Assembly (NCBI RefSeq): GCF_004010195.1
Contig: NC_057753.1
Location: forward strand, 4,686,887 to 4,748,886
Direction of reading: 5' to 3'
Length of the DNA stretch: 62,000 nt
Source of the DNA: Chiloscyllium plagiosum
Taxonomy: Eukaryota
Shown here: one piece after another, positions 1 to 12,203 of the stretch
How positions within the stretch are numbered: the stretch's first letter is position 1
Layout of the letters: the number at the start of each line of letters is the position of its first letter
Made by a program: the position numbers and the translations under genes
The notes under the pieces: generated by a model
The model's input: the letters and a program-made list of their open reading frames with translations, nothing else
Told to the model about the DNA's origin: nothing
Database searches by the model: none

Positions 1-660
1 TTCTTGCAGTAACCGTTAGAAAAATGTCAAGACAAAATCTCAAACATTGACAGTAGAGCTTAGAAATCGCAGTTCGAGCAGTTCCCCAGTTGCAAGTGGA
101 TGTGCACACAAGTCAGAATACAGCGCAAGACAACATAAAGCAGCAGTTTGTAAGTACAAGAAACTTTTGAATTTTGGATCTTTAAAGATGCTCCTCTATA
201 CGAGATCTCTCCTTTAAGCACAAGTGATTGTAAGTCAAACGTTCATAAATCGGGGCCCCCCTGTAAATCTGTTGGAAAAATTTGGAAAGCAGGAATATAA
301 TGGGATGTATGTGACACTGCGTGCAAGATGCTCCCTTTTGATGGACAGTCACAGCAAACAGTCTAATGGGCTGATACCACAAATGTACGAACAGATCTTG
401 ATGAAAAGGGCTGTGGTGCGGCAAGGCACATCAATGGCTGGTAGCTGTTTTGCTATTTGAAGTAATCACTCCATTAGATGCATGGACCCAACTGTAACAA
501 AGGGATTTTAATACGATGCTATATACTTTGGACATAGAAATGATGACAATAACGCAAAGTGGCCGAGCAGAGGCTCATAGTCTAGTTCGGTGCCCACGCG
601 CATGGCTTCAACTGGGACCTTGGGTTCATGTCATGTTACTGGTGACCCTACTGCACTACA

Positions 661-841
661 TACTCTCTCTCACACACGTACACTCCTACAGACTCATACA
701 CTCACGTACACCCTCTCTCACTCACAAGCTCTCTCTCATATGCTCACACATACACTCACATGCGCACATACACCCTCTCACAGACTTATACCCCTTTAGA
801 TTCACACACATACACATACACACTCTCTCTCACAGACACTC
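661..841. repeat. CA/CT-rich low-complexity tract
   Basis: Degenerate (CA)n/(CT)n runs directly upstream of a PLE terminal repeat; the His/Thr-rich ORFs here are artefacts of the repeat. Confidence 0.85.
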
Positions 842-854
842 CCCAGGTCTTTTT

Positions 855-1017
855 CAATATATAATTTCAATTACATTACACTGTAAGCTATTTCTATAAA
901 TTCTGTATCTTACAAACTTATACTCCACAACCACCTGATGAAGGAGTGGCGCTCCGAAAGCTAGTGCTTCCAATTAAACCTGTTGGACTATAACCTGGTG
1001 TTGTGTGATTTTTAACT
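855..1017 (+). mobile_element. Penelope-like element terminal repeat (family B)
   Basis: Closely matches 45183-45337 (gctccgaaagctagtgcttccaattaaacctgttggacta...ggtgttgtgtgattttt). The same terminus caps the GIY-YIG-bearing element at 60603-62000. Confidence 0.75.
931..968 (+). ncRNA. Minimal type I hammerhead ribozyme motif
   Basis: cac-CTGATGA-a-GGAG/CTCC stem II-GAAA-GCTA-gtg: conserved core, palindromic AGCT stem III and a cac/gtg stem I. Confidence 0.7.
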
Positions 1018-1044
1018 GGGTATTTCCTAGACAGTGAAGAGGCG

Positions 1045-2050
1045 GAAGTGTGAAGAGATTTGGGTATTAAGGCACAGGCATCCTTCAAATATCATGTACA
1101 GGAGTAGGAAACAATGAGACCATTAGACATAGGAGCAGAAATTAGGCCATTCAGCCCATCAAGTGCTCCGCCATTCAATCATGGCTGATAAGTTTCTCAA
1201 CCCCATTCTCCCACTTTCTCCCTGGAACCCTTGATCCCCTTGATACTCAAGAACCCATCTATCTCAGTCTTAAATATACTCAATGACCTGGCAACTCTCA
1301 GCCTCCTGTGGCAAAGAATTCCATAGATTTGCCACTCTCTGGCTAAAGTTTCTCTTTATCACCATTCTAAAAGGTCTTCCCTTTATTCTAAGGCCCTCTT
1401 GGGTCCTTGGCTCTCCTACCAATGGAAACATCTTCCTAACATCTACTCTGTCCTGCTCATTCAGTATTCTGTCAGAATAACAGAACAGAAACTCTGGTCA
1501 CTATATCACGAGGAGTAGAATACGAGGGAGTAGAAATCCTGCTGCAGTGACACCAAACCCTGGTTAGACCACACCTGGAGTCACTGTGAGCAACTCTAGG
1601 CTCCACTCTCAGGAAGGAAATGCTGACCTTGAAGGGAGAGCTGCGTAGATTTACCAGAACGATATCTGTTAAATTACAAGGAGAGATTCCACAAACTACA
1701 GTTGGATTCCTTGGAAGGTGGAAGGTTAGGGGAAGATTGGATCGGAGTTTTCAAGGGATCGAGAGGAACTGATGGTGGGGAGAGAAACTACATCCACTGG
1801 TTGGCAAATCTAGGATTGGGGGGCACAGACTGGAAATGAGAGCCAGACATTTCATGAGGGAAATCAAGAAACACTGGTTCACACAGAGTGTGAAAGGACT
1901 GCTGTTTATATTGTCTTGCGCAGTGTTCTGACTTGCGTACAAATCGACTTGCAAATGGCCTCTCTTCAGCAAAAGTCAATCAGTATTAAATCAACTGAAA
2001 ATATCACGTTTAAGATTGCTAAAGCTGTTGGCAGCTGAAGCTGTGAAGGG
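1045..2050 (+). mobile_element. Old degenerate CR1 LINE 3' fragment (interrupted)
   Basis: Decayed ORF2 C-terminal DNA (ctggttagaccacacctggag; ttcacacagagtgtg) resembling the younger CR1 copies in the window. Confidence 0.65.
1117..1472 (-). mobile_element. CR1 LINE 3' end nested in older CR1
   Basis: Closely similar to 26600-27290 and 4920-5345; CR1 3' UTR in reverse orientation. Confidence 0.8.
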
Positions 2051-2071
2051 ATGTTGGACTAAGACAGATAT

Positions 2072-2520
2072 ATGTGGCATTGTGGCTCAGTGGTTAGCAC
2101 TGCTGCCTCACAGTGCCAGGGACTTGGGCTCAATTCCAGCCTTGGGTGCCTGGCTGTGCAGAGTTTGCATGTTCTCCCTATGTCTGTGTGGGTTTTAGAG
2201 AGGCAGCACGGTGGCTCAGTGGTTAGCACTGCAGGCTCACAGCGCCAGGGACCCAGTTTCAATTCGTGCCTTGGGTGACTGTCTGTGTGGAGTTTGCACA
2301 TTCTTCCTGTGTCTGCATGGGTTTCCTCCGAGTGCTCCGGTTTCCTCCTACAGTCCAAAGATGTGGAGGTTAGGGTGAATTGGCCCTGCTAAGTTGCCTG
2401 TAGTGTTAGGTAAAGGGGTAAATGTAGGGGAATGGGTCTGGGTGGGTTGCTCTTCGGAAGGGTTGGTGTGGACTTGTTGGGCCGAAGGGCCTGTTTCCAC
2501 ACTGTAGGGAATCTAATCTA
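2072..2520 (+). mobile_element. HE1-like V-SINE, partial copy followed by full copy
   Basis: tRNA-derived head (tggctcagtggttagcac...) occurs twice, followed by the V-domain and a CR1-like tail ctgtttccacactgtagggaatctaatctaa. Confidence 0.9.
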
Positions 2521-3224
2521 ATATGCAGTTAGCTCACAGAGCAATGACGATCTCACAGAATGGTGGAACAGGCTGAGGAGATGATTGGCCTCTTCCTGCC
2601 CCATGCCCTGACAGTAGGGAGAGGAGAAGGTTGGGGGGGTGAAGGGGGTGTGGGACAAATGGGAAGAATGAGGAGAAGGGAGGGAAAAGGGAAGAGAAAG
2701 GTAGGGAGAGAATGGTGGAGAGGCAGCAGTGCAGGAGGCTGATTGGAAAGAGGCTGGGTGGCTGTGGAGGCATTTGACAGGAGATGAACCACCAATCGCC
2801 TCCATGCTCCATAGTCAAGTAGCAAAATGTAGGACCTACCTTTAAACACAGGCAAACTCCCTTGACAGAGTTCAGTCAGTCAGTCACAGCTCACTTGTCA
2901 GTTTGGGAACTGAAGGAAGTGAATCTGCAGTGATCTGAACTCGCTGGCAATTCAGTTTGACAAAGGATCACAAGAGTTATTTAGCTTCAAGTTCGAATTC
3001 ACTTGGTTCTTGCATCAAGACACTGAATGCACAGTGAATAGACCAGTATTCACTTTACAGCCTGAATCAGACCTGTTTATGTCCAGTCACAACATGCCAA
3101 TTGTCTTCATCAATTCAATCCCTTAAGCTATCCAAAGGAATTTTCAGAAAGAATGATGACACAAGCTACGACTTGACAAGAGTGGACTCTGTTCCAGCAA
3201 AGGATCACCAGCTTTCAACTTCTC

Positions 3225-3585
3225 GGTAAAAATAAAGACTGCAGATGCTGGAAACCAGAGTCGAGATCAGAGTGGTGCTGGAAAAGCACAGCAGGTCAGG
3301 CAGCATCCGAGGAGCAGGAAAATCGATGTTTCATGCAAAAGCCCTTCATCACGAATGGAGGCAGGGAGCCTGCAGGGTGGAGAGATAAATGGGGGAGGGA
3401 AGTGGGGCTGGGGAGAAGGTACCACAGAGTACAAGAGGTGAATGGGGGAGGGATGGAGGTGATAGGTCAGAGGGGAGGGTGAGGGAAGGTAGCAAAGGGT
3501 ACAATAGGTGAATGGGGGAGGGATGGAGGTGATAGGTCAGAGAGGAGGGTGGGGGAAGGTAGCAAAGAGTACAATAAGTGAATGG
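3225..3585 (-). mobile_element. Truncated PLE terminal repeat (family A) with 14-bp TSD
   Basis: gctttcaacttctc at 3211-3224 and 3586-3599; degenerate hammerhead at about 3322-3352; purine-rich internal tandem duplication. Confidence 0.8.
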
Positions 3586-3741
3586 GCTTTCAACTTCTCA
3601 ACAGCAATTTCCTGGCAAATGGGACCGAGATCAGGTTGGGATGTCTGGTCGGCATAGACGAGATGGACTGAAGGATCTGTTACCATGCTGTACATCTCTT
3701 TGACCCTATAACTCTCAAAGAACAGATAATACTGGAGCTGG

Positions 3742-4210
3742 TGTTGTGAGGAAAATCACCAGCCTTTGAGTCAGAATCGGGGTTCAACGACAGAGTTTAT
3801 TGTGCAAGGAAATACCGGAGCTCTGGGGAGAGAGAGAAACACACCAACAGCACAGTGGTCCGCTGCGAGTCTTCTCTCAACCCAGAGCACATGTCAAGAC
3901 ACTTTTATACATTTTGTAATAAAAGGTCAGTGATGAAGTTATTGTCTTTGCAACATGGTTTGTTTATGGTAAACATTGCAGAATCGATAATCATTTCGGT
4001 GCAGTCATTGTCAGTTCCAGCGCAGTCTTTGTTAATTTCAGCGCGGTCGTTGTCAGTTTCAGCGCAGACATTGTCAGTTTCAGTGTCTGCATGGAAGTCC
4101 ATTGCTGTCGTAATGGGCGCTAATCGCTCTTCCTCTGAAGGAGGATTACTGCAGCCCTGGCTGTTATCACTCTGTATTGAGTCTGTATCAAGCTGTTAGC
4201 ATTTCTATCA
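3742..4210 (-). mobile_element. Possible solo LTR
   Basis: TG...CA ends; minus-strand TATA-like (ttttata about 3904) and AATAAA (tttatt about 3796) in LTR order; ~21-bp internal tandem repeats at 3995-4085. No clean TSD was found. Confidence 0.45.
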
Positions 4211-4919
4211 AAGGTGTTGGCTGGACCCTGACACTTCGGCAGGCAGTGTACGCTACTCATGAGTATTCCCTCCCTCATCCACCTTAAACTAATCAACTAG
4301 GTTGTGAGTGCATTGTGCTGGCCCCAGGCAGTGTCTGTGTTTGCTCTGCTGTCTCTCTCTCCATATTGTGGTCCGGCGGCCATCTTGTGTGTCAAGTGGC
4401 CGACTGATGGCTCAGCGGCCATCCTGTGTGTCCGTGCGCCGAGCATCACCCTGCCCCGTGCCGTCTCCCACTTCACTGGGACTGATATATCTGTTTGTTA
4501 CCAATGCCCTCGGACTTTGATGATTCTGAAACTGGTTTCAGCATTCCATCCCAGAATCCCTGCAGTTTCAGTGGCATAAAGGAGATTCAGATTCACACTG
4601 ACAGACCACACCATTCCAGAGGCGCCTCTCTGCAGTTTGTCTGCTTCTCAAGTTCTGTCAATCCAATAAAACCTTGTTAGTTTTTTTTAAAGACTGTTGC
4701 CAGGCAACAGTTTTTCAAATTAATTTACCCTTCAATGCCTCATTCAGAAATTGAGCTCCTGTTAGATCTGCTATCAGTGCTACAGACAGAATATTTTAAG
4801 TTGGGCCCTTGAAATTCCCAGTTATGCCCACAGGAGGTACCCCATGACGGCGTATTCTCACCAATGAAAAATGTCTTAATGTTGATGCAAAGGTGAAATC
4901 AGCTTGGAACATTGGAATG

Positions 4920-5345
4920 AGACCATAAGAGATAGGAGTGGATGTCAGGCCATTCGGCCCATCAAGACCACTCGCCATTCAATCATGGCTGATGGGCATT
5001 TCAACGCCACTTACCCGCACTCTCCCTGTAGCCCTTAATTCCTTGCGAGCTCAAGAATTTATCAATCTCTGCCTTGAAGACACTTAACATCCAGGCCTCC
5101 ACTGCACTCCGTGGGCAATGAATTCCACAGGCCCACCACTCCTCTGGCTGAAGAAATGTCTCCTCATTTATGTTTTAAATTGACCCCCCTCTAATTCTAA
5201 GGCTGTGCCCACCGGTCCTAGTCTCCCCAGCCCAACGGAAACAATTTCCCAGCGTCCACCCTTTCTAAGTCATGCACCATCTTGTAGGTTTCTATGAGAT
5301 CTCCCCTCAACCTTCTCAACTCGAATGAATACAATCCCGGGATCC
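4920..5345 (-). mobile_element. CR1 LINE 3' end
   Basis: ORF 5218..5415 contains GLYSFELRRLRGDLIETYK (CR1 ORF2 C-terminus), followed by the 3' UTR. Confidence 0.9.
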
Positions 5346-5664
5346 ACAGCCAGGAATGCTGCAACGCTGCCACAGCACTGATGGTAAAACCATGGTGCTG
5401 CCTCAGGTGACACACACAACAGCAGAGGGAGGAGGCTATTCAGTCTATCCAGCCCGCTCCACCATTCAACACGATTGTGGCTGATCCTCAATCTCAACCC
5501 AACACTCTTGTTGTGTCCGCTGAACACTCAGAGCCTCAAGAAATCCATTTCTTTCGGCGATCTGTCTTCCACAGTCTTCCGTGATTGGGAATTCCACAGG
5601 TCCATCACCCTCTGCATGAAGGCATTTCTCCCGGCCTGAGTTTGAAACGGTCAACCTCATTTTG

Positions 5665-6362
5665 GGACTGCAGATGAGCAGAGAGATCTCAGTGTCCATG
5701 TACACAGATCCCTGAAAGTTGCCACCCAGGTTGACAGGGTTGTTAAGAAGGCATACAGTGTTTTGGCCTTTATTAATAGAGGGATTGAGTTCTGGAACCA
5801 GGAGGTTATGCTGCAGCTGTACAAAGCTCTGGTTCAGCCACACTTGGGGTATTGTGTACAGTTCTGGTCACCGCATTATAAGAAGGATGTGGAAGCTTTG
5901 GAAAGGGTGCAGAGGAGATTTACTAGGATGTTGCCTGGTATGGAAGGAATGTCTTACGAGGAAAGGCTGAGGGCCTTGAGGCTGTTCTCGGTGGAGAGAA
6001 GAAGGTTGAGAGGTGACTTAACAGAGACATACAAGATAATCAGAGGGTGAGATAGGGTGGACAGGGAGAGCCTTTTTCCAAGCATGGGGACGGCAAACAC
6101 GAGGGGACACAACGTTAAAGTGAGGGGGGAGAGGTATAAGACAGTTGTAGAGGTAGTTTCTTTACTCAGAGAGTAGTAAGGGTATGGAATGCTTTGCCTG
6201 CAACGGTAGTAGATTTGCCAAGTTTAAGTGCATTTAAGTCGTCATTAGACAGGCAAATGGATGTACATGGAATAGTGTAGGTGGGATGGGCTTCAGATTA
6301 GTATGACAGGGCGGCACAACATCGAGGGCCAAAGGGCCTGCACTGCGCTGTAATGTTCTATA
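5665..6362 (+). mobile_element. CR1 LINE 3' fragment (young subfamily)
   Basis: ORF 5763..6050 ...LYKALVQPHLGYCVQFWSP...RRLRGDL; nearly identical to 55200-55870. Confidence 0.92.
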
Positions 6363-6624
6363 TCCCGAGACCCGTGGCCTCGAATTCCATCCTCCCTGCA
6401 ACCAGTCAGTCCACGCTTGTCGGAATTGGATACCTTTCAATGAAAGCCCCTCCCATTCTTCTCAATGCCAGCGGATACAGACCCCGTCAACCAAATTTCT
6501 CCTCTGATTGGAGAGCCCTGCCACGCCAGGAATCAGTCTGTCACTGCACTCCCTCTTTGGCGAATGCATCTTTTGTTCAGTATTTCAGGGGCACCTTTTC
6601 TAGCCCCTTGCCCACGTGGGGTGA

Positions 6625-7168
6625 TAGTGAAGGCGGCGTTTGGTATGCTTTCCTTTATCGGTCAGAGTACTGAGTACAGGAGTTGGGTGGTCATGTTGCG
6701 GCTGTACAGGACGTTGGTTAAGCCACTGATGGAATATTGCGTGCGATTCTGGTCTCCTTCCTATTGGAAGGATGTTGTGAAACCTGAAAGGGTTCAGAAA
6801 AGATTTACAAGGATGTTGCCAGGGTTGGAGGATTTGAGCTATAGGGAGAGGCTGAACAGGCTGGGGCTGTTTTCTCTGGAGCGTCGGAGGCTGAGGGGTG
6901 ACCTTATAGAGGTTTACAAAATTATGACGGGCATGGATAGGGTAAATAGGCAAAGTCTTTTCCCTGAGGTGGAGGAGTCCAGAACTAGGGGGCATAGGTT
7001 TAGGGTGAGAGGGGAAAGATATAAAAGAGACCTAAGGGGCAACTTTTTCACACAGAGGGTGGTACATGTATGGAATGAGCTGCCAGAGGATGTGGTGGAG
7101 GCTGATACAATTACAACATTTAAGAGGTATTTGGATGGGTATATGAATAGGAAGGGTTTGGAGGGATA
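6625..7168 (+). mobile_element. CR1 LINE 3' fragment
   Basis: ORF2 C-terminal peptide LYRTLVKPLMEYCVRFWSP...FFTQRVVHVWNELP, running into the gap. Confidence 0.92.
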
Positions 7169-7544
7169 NNNNNNNNNNNNNNNNNNNNNNNNNNNNNNNN
7201 NNNNNNNNNNNNNNNNNNNNNNNNNNNNNNNNNNNNNNNNNNNNNNNNNNNNNNNNNNNNNNNNNNNNNNNNNNNNNNNNNNNNNNNNNNNNNNNNNNNN
7301 NNNNNNNNNNNNNNNNNNNNNNNNNNNNNNNNNNNNNNNNNNNNNNNNNNNNNNNNNNNNNNNNNNNNNNNNNNNNNNNNNNNNNNNNNNNNNNNNNNNN
7401 NNNNNNNNNNNNNNNNNNNNNNNNNNNNNNNNNNNNNNNNNNNNNNNNNNNNNNNNNNNNNNNNNNNNNNNNNNNNNNNNNNNNNNNNNNNNNNNNNNNN
7501 NNNNNNNNNNNNNNNNNNNNNNNNNNNNNNNNNNNNNNNNNNNN
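7169..7544. other. Assembly gap
   Basis: Run of N. Smaller gaps occur at 24693-24705 and 58301-58308. Confidence 1.
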
Positions 7545-7842
7545 GAAATCCCCCCCCCCCCCCCCACACACATTATCCCAGTCCCAAGCCTCCAACGCGG
7601 CACCACCCTCCTGACCTGTCCATCACTCCCCCACCCCCCGACCTATCACCTTCTCCCTCCCCTTCATCTACCTATCCCTTTCCCAGCTACCTCCCCCCAA
7701 CCCCCTCCCATTGATCTCTCAGCCTTCTTGACCCACAGGCCTCATTCCTGATGAAGGGCTTATGCCCGAAATATCGACTCTCCTGCTCCTCGGATGCTGC
7801 CTGACCCGCTGTGCTTTCCCAGCACCACACTCTCGACTCTCC
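7545..7842 (+). mobile_element. PLE terminal repeat (family A) with hammerhead motif
   Basis: attc-CTGATGA-a-GGGC-ttat-GCCC-GAAA-tatc-gac at about 7744-7780, followed by the gatgctgcctgacc...ccagcacc tail. Confidence 0.8.
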
Positions 7843-7844
7843 CC

Positions 7845-8072
7845 AGTATCGACCTGCTTGGGGTCCTGCGAGTTGAGATGTTTGTTTGAACTCAGTCCCG
7901 CGGTGTAAGGAACCTGAACGGTCTCTCATCCGTGTGAACACACTGATGGGATATCGCTCCCTCGAACTTTGGGCAGTGTGAGTGTGGGTATAGCAGCCCT
8001 CTGGATGCTGCAACATAGTCTTTCCCAGACTCAATGCTCTTTCCCCAATGTGAACTCACTGATGTGTAGGGA
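7845..8072 (-). pseudogene. Decayed C2H2 ZNF relic
   Basis: cgagttgagatg...cctgaacggtctctcatccgtgtgaac aligns by eye with the CxHCGTGF finger DNA of the intact genes (47771-47840, 43731-43800). Confidence 0.7.
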
Positions 8073-8084
8073 GTTCAAATAACC

Positions 8085-8750
8085 TTCACGCCACACAAAT
8101 GCCAGGTAATGACTACCTCCAATAAGAGACAATCTAACAACCGCCCTTTGACACTCATCACTGGTACCATCACTGAATACCCCTACTGTCAACGTCCTGA
8201 GGGTTACCATTGACCAGAAACTCAACTGGACTCGTCACATAGCTACAAGAGAAGGTCAGGGACTAGGAATATTGTGGTGACTAAGTCACCTTTAAACTCC
8301 CACCGTCGGCAAGGAACAAGACAAGGGGGTATTCCAAACTCGCCTGGATTGGTGCAGCTCCAATAACATTCAAGAAGTTTGACATCATCCAGGACAAAGC
8401 AGCCCACTTGACTGGCACCACATCCACATGCATCTGCTCCCTCCCCCACCAACGCTCAGTAGCAGCACCTACCGAACCCATAACCACCTCCACCTTGGCA
8501 GACAAGATATATGAGATCATCACCACCATGTACACATTACCTCCAAGCCACTCTCCATCCTGGAAATAGATCGCCATTCCTTCACAGTTGCTGGCTCAAA
8601 GTCCTAGAATTACCTCACGAAGGACATTTTGGGTCTACTGACAGCACGTGGACTGCAGTGGTTGAAGAAGACAACTTACCACCATCTTCTCAAGGGCATC
8701 TCGGGATGGGCAATAAATGCTGGCCAGCCAGCGATGCCCATATCCCGCAA
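8085..8750 (+). mobile_element. CR1/L2-group LINE 3' end (second family)
   Basis: Matches 29180-29600 (+) and 41250-42170 (-); ends gggcaataaatgctggcc...gatgcccatatccc. Confidence 0.7.
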
Positions 8751-8764
8751 GTGTCTCCTGAACT

Positions 8765-9985
8765 TGGTTGGGTTTTTTTGAAGAAGTAACGAAGAGGATT
8801 GATCAGGGCAGAGCGGTCGACGTCATCTATATGGACTTCAGTAAGGTTTTTGAAAAGTTTCCTCATGGTAGACTAGTTCACAAAGTTAGATCTCATGGAA
8901 TACAGGGATAACTCACCATTTGGATACAGAACTTGCTCAAAGGTAGAAGACAGAGGGTGGTGGTGGAGGGTTGTTTTTCTGACTGGAGGCCTGTGACTAG
9001 TAGAGTGCCAGAAGGATCGGTGCTGGGTCCACTACCTTCCATCATTTATATAAATGATTGGATGTGAACATAGGAGGTACAGTTAGTAAGTTTGCAGATG
9101 ATACCAAAATTGGAGGTGTAGTGGACAGCGAAGAAGGTTACCTAAGACCACAACGGGATCTTGATCAGATGGGCAAATGGGCTGAAAAGTGGCAGATACA
9201 GTTTAATTTAGATAAGTGTGAGGTGCTACATTTTGGAAAAGCAAATCAGAGCAGGACTTATACACTAAATGGTAAGGTCCTCGGGAGTGTTGCTAAACAA
9301 AGAGACCTTGGAGTGCAGGTTCATAATTATGCGAAAGTGGAGTCGCAGGTAGATAGGATAGTGAAGAAGGCATTTGGTATGCTTTCCTTTATTGGTCAGA
9401 GTATTGAGTACAGGAGTGCGGAGGTCATGTTGCAGCTGTACGGGACATTGGTTAGGCCACTGTTGGAATACTGCGTGCAATTCTGGTCTCCTTCATATCG
9501 GAAAGATGTTGTGAAACCTGAAAGGGTTCGGAAAAGATTTACAAGGATGTTGCCAGGGTTGGAGGGTTTGAGCTATAGGGAGAGGCTGAACAGGCTGGGG
9601 CTGTATTTCCTGGAGCATCGGAGGCTGAGGGGAGACCTTATCATGGTTTATAAAATTATGAGAGGCATGGATGGGATAAATTCACAAGGTCTGTACCCTG
9701 GGGTGGGGGAGTCCAGAACTAGAGGACATAGGTTTAGGGTGAGAGGGGAAAGATATACAAGTGACCTAAGGGGCAACTTTTTTCATGCAGAGGGTGGTAT
9801 GTGTGTGGAATGAACTGCCACAGGAAGTGGTAGAGGTTGGTACAATTACAGCATTTAAAAGGCATCTGGATGGGTATATGAATAGGAAGGGTTTGGAGGG
9901 ATATGGACCAAGAGCTGGCTGGTGGGACTAGATTAGGTTAGGATATCTGGTCAGCAAGGTTGAACCGAAGGATCTGTTCCTTCCA
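8765..9985 (+). mobile_element. CR1 LINE RT-to-3' fragment
   Basis: ORF 9058..9813 carries the KFADDTK RT motif and the CR1 C-terminus; the 3' tail follows. Confidence 0.95.
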
Positions 9986-10289
9986 TGTTAAAGGAAGGCT
10001 GAGTGTGCTGCACTTTGCTCGGTATGAAGATGCATCCCATGGAATATTGTCCCCAATATGGGGAACATAGGGTTTAGCGAGAGGGAGAGATTGAGGCAAA
10101 TCTAGATCAGTCGAGAAATAGTGCTTGTCAAATTATCACAGAATCATGGAATCCCTACAGTGCAGAAGCAGGCCATTCGGTTCATTGAGTCAACTACTTG
10201 CTGAACAGCATCCCACCCAGACCCATCCCCTGCCCTATTCCTGTAATCCAGGAGTGAAGGTTTGTAAATCTCCAGGACCTGATAATCTA

Positions 10290-11055
10290 CATCCCTGAGT
10301 TCTTAAAGAAATATCTCTAAAGATAGTGGTGGTCATCTTCCAACATTCTTTTGAGTCTGGAGCAGTTCCTACAAGTCAGAGGGTAGCTAATGGTACTATA
10401 CCATTTAGAAAGGAAGACAGAGAGAAAACAGGGAATTATAAAGCAATGAGTCCAACATCAGTCGTGGGAAAGGTGCCAGAGTCCATTTTGGTTTTAAGAG
10501 GTGTATTTTGCCTTTAGAACTAGCCATTTTGATACAGAACTGGCTCAAAGGTAGAAGACCAGAGGGTGGTAGTGGAGGGTTACTTTGCAGACTGGAGGCC
10601 TGTGACCAGTGGAGTGCCATAAGGATCTGTGCTGGGTCCATTGTTTTTCGTCATTTATATAAATGATTTGGATGTGAGCATAGGAGGTATAGTTAGTAAT
10701 TTTGCAGATGACACCAAAATTGGAGGTGTAGTGGACAGTGAAGAAGGTTGCCTCAGAGACAACGGGATCGTGTCCAGATGGGCCAATGGGCCGAGGAGTG
10801 GCAGATAGAGTTTAATAAATGTGAGGTGCTGTATTTTGGAAAGGCAAATCATATGCATTTAATGGTAAGGTCCTGTGGAGTGTTGCTGAACAAAGAGACC
10901 TTGGGGGCAGGTTCAGAGTTTCTTGAAAGTGGAGTTGCAGGTAGATAGGATAGTGAAGAAGGAATTTGGTATGCTTTCCTTTATTGGTCAGTGCATTGAG
11001 GAGATGAGTTGGGAGGTCATGTTTTGGCTTTACAGGACATTGGTTAGGCTTACTA
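10290..11055 (+). mobile_element. Degenerate CR1 ORF2 fragment
   Basis: NYKAMSPTSVVGK and tttgcagatgacaccaaa (FADDTK) remnants with frameshifts. Confidence 0.85.
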
Positions 11056-11132
11056 TGTGCAATCTCGTCAAAGGCCTGGCTAAAGTCCATGGCTAATGGC
11101 TAATGTCTACTACTCTGCCTTCATGGGTACCT

Positions 11133-11458
11133 GATTAGATTTGATTAGATTACATTACATTACAGTGTGGAAACAGGCCCTTCAGCCCAACAAGTCCACA
11201 CCGACCCGCCGAAGCGCAACCCACCCATGCCCCTACATTTACTCCTTACCTAACACTACGGGCAATTTAGCACGGCCAATTCACCTGACCTGCACATCTT
11301 TGTGACTGTGGGAGGAAACCGGAGCACCCGGAGGAAACCCACGCAGACACGGGGAGAATGTGCAAACTCCACACAGTCAGTCGCCTGAGGCGGGAATTGA
11401 ACCCGGGTCTCCGGCGCTGTGAGGCAGCAGTGCTAACCACTGTGCCACCGCGCCGCCC
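11133..11458 (-). mobile_element. HE1-like SINE, young subfamily
   Basis: Box A/B head, V-domain and (TCTAA)n/(TGTAA)n tail; nearly identical to the copies at 26846, 37067, 50896 and 61595. Confidence 0.95.
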
Positions 11459-11499
11459 ACGGTGGTTACCTCTTTTAAAAAAAAACTTACTTAGTTTGT

Positions 11500-11765
11500 G
11501 AGACACAATTTCCCACAATTTAAAAAAACTCACTCAGTTTCTGAGACACATCCGAATCAGTCCTTGCCTTTCCAAATGCATGTATATCCTCTTTCTCAAA
11601 GTCCCCTCTAATACCTTGCCCACCATTGACATCAGACTCACCAGCCTTTCGTTCCCTGGCTTTTCCTTGCAGCCTTTCTTAAATAATGGCACAACAGTAG
11701 CCACTCTCAAGTCTTCTGGCACCTCATCTTTGATTGCTTATGATACAATATTTCTGCTAGGGGCC
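11500..11765 (-). mobile_element. CR1 ORF2 fragment
   Basis: ORF 11534..11722 PEDLRVATVVPLFKKG...PGN. Confidence 0.8.
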
Positions 11766-11982
11766 CGGTCTGTGTCTTCATCACTAACGCTCATTGAGCA
11801 GATCTGAACTGTGGGAAGGTTTGTGGGTTTGCCTGGTCTCAGACAAAAAAAAACACACTTCCTGTATCAACACAATACAAGGTTTATCATTTCAGATGTG
11901 ACTCCTTGACAAGGAATGTCTCCTGCATGAATCCATCTCAATAATCCACACCCAGCCCCAAAAACACTGCTAATATCATGCT

Positions 11983-12203
11983 ACCAAAAGAGAAAATGCT
12001 GAAAAATCTCAGTAGGTCTGGTAGCATCTGTAAGGAGAGCAAAGAGCTGACATTTTGAGTCTAACTGACCCTTTATCAAAGGGTCAGTTAGACTCGAAAT
12101 GTCAGCTCTTTTCTCTCCTTAGAGATACTGCCAGACCTGCTGAGATTTTCCAGCATTTACTCTTTTGGTTTCAGATTCCAGCATCTGCAGTAATTTGCCT
12201 TTA
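11983..12203. mobile_element. Palindromic PLE-terminus mini-element with 14-bp TSD
   Basis: About 90-bp inverted arms centred near 12076; TSD gctaatatcatgct at 11969-11982 and 12204-12217. Confidence 0.85.

Noticed and set aside
2072..2270. tRNA genes
   Set aside because: Box A/B sequences are SINE heads continuing into V-domain and tail; no full cloverleaf.
6465..7751. 428-aa ORF
   Set aside because: A CR1 fragment read through an N gap into a PLE terminus.
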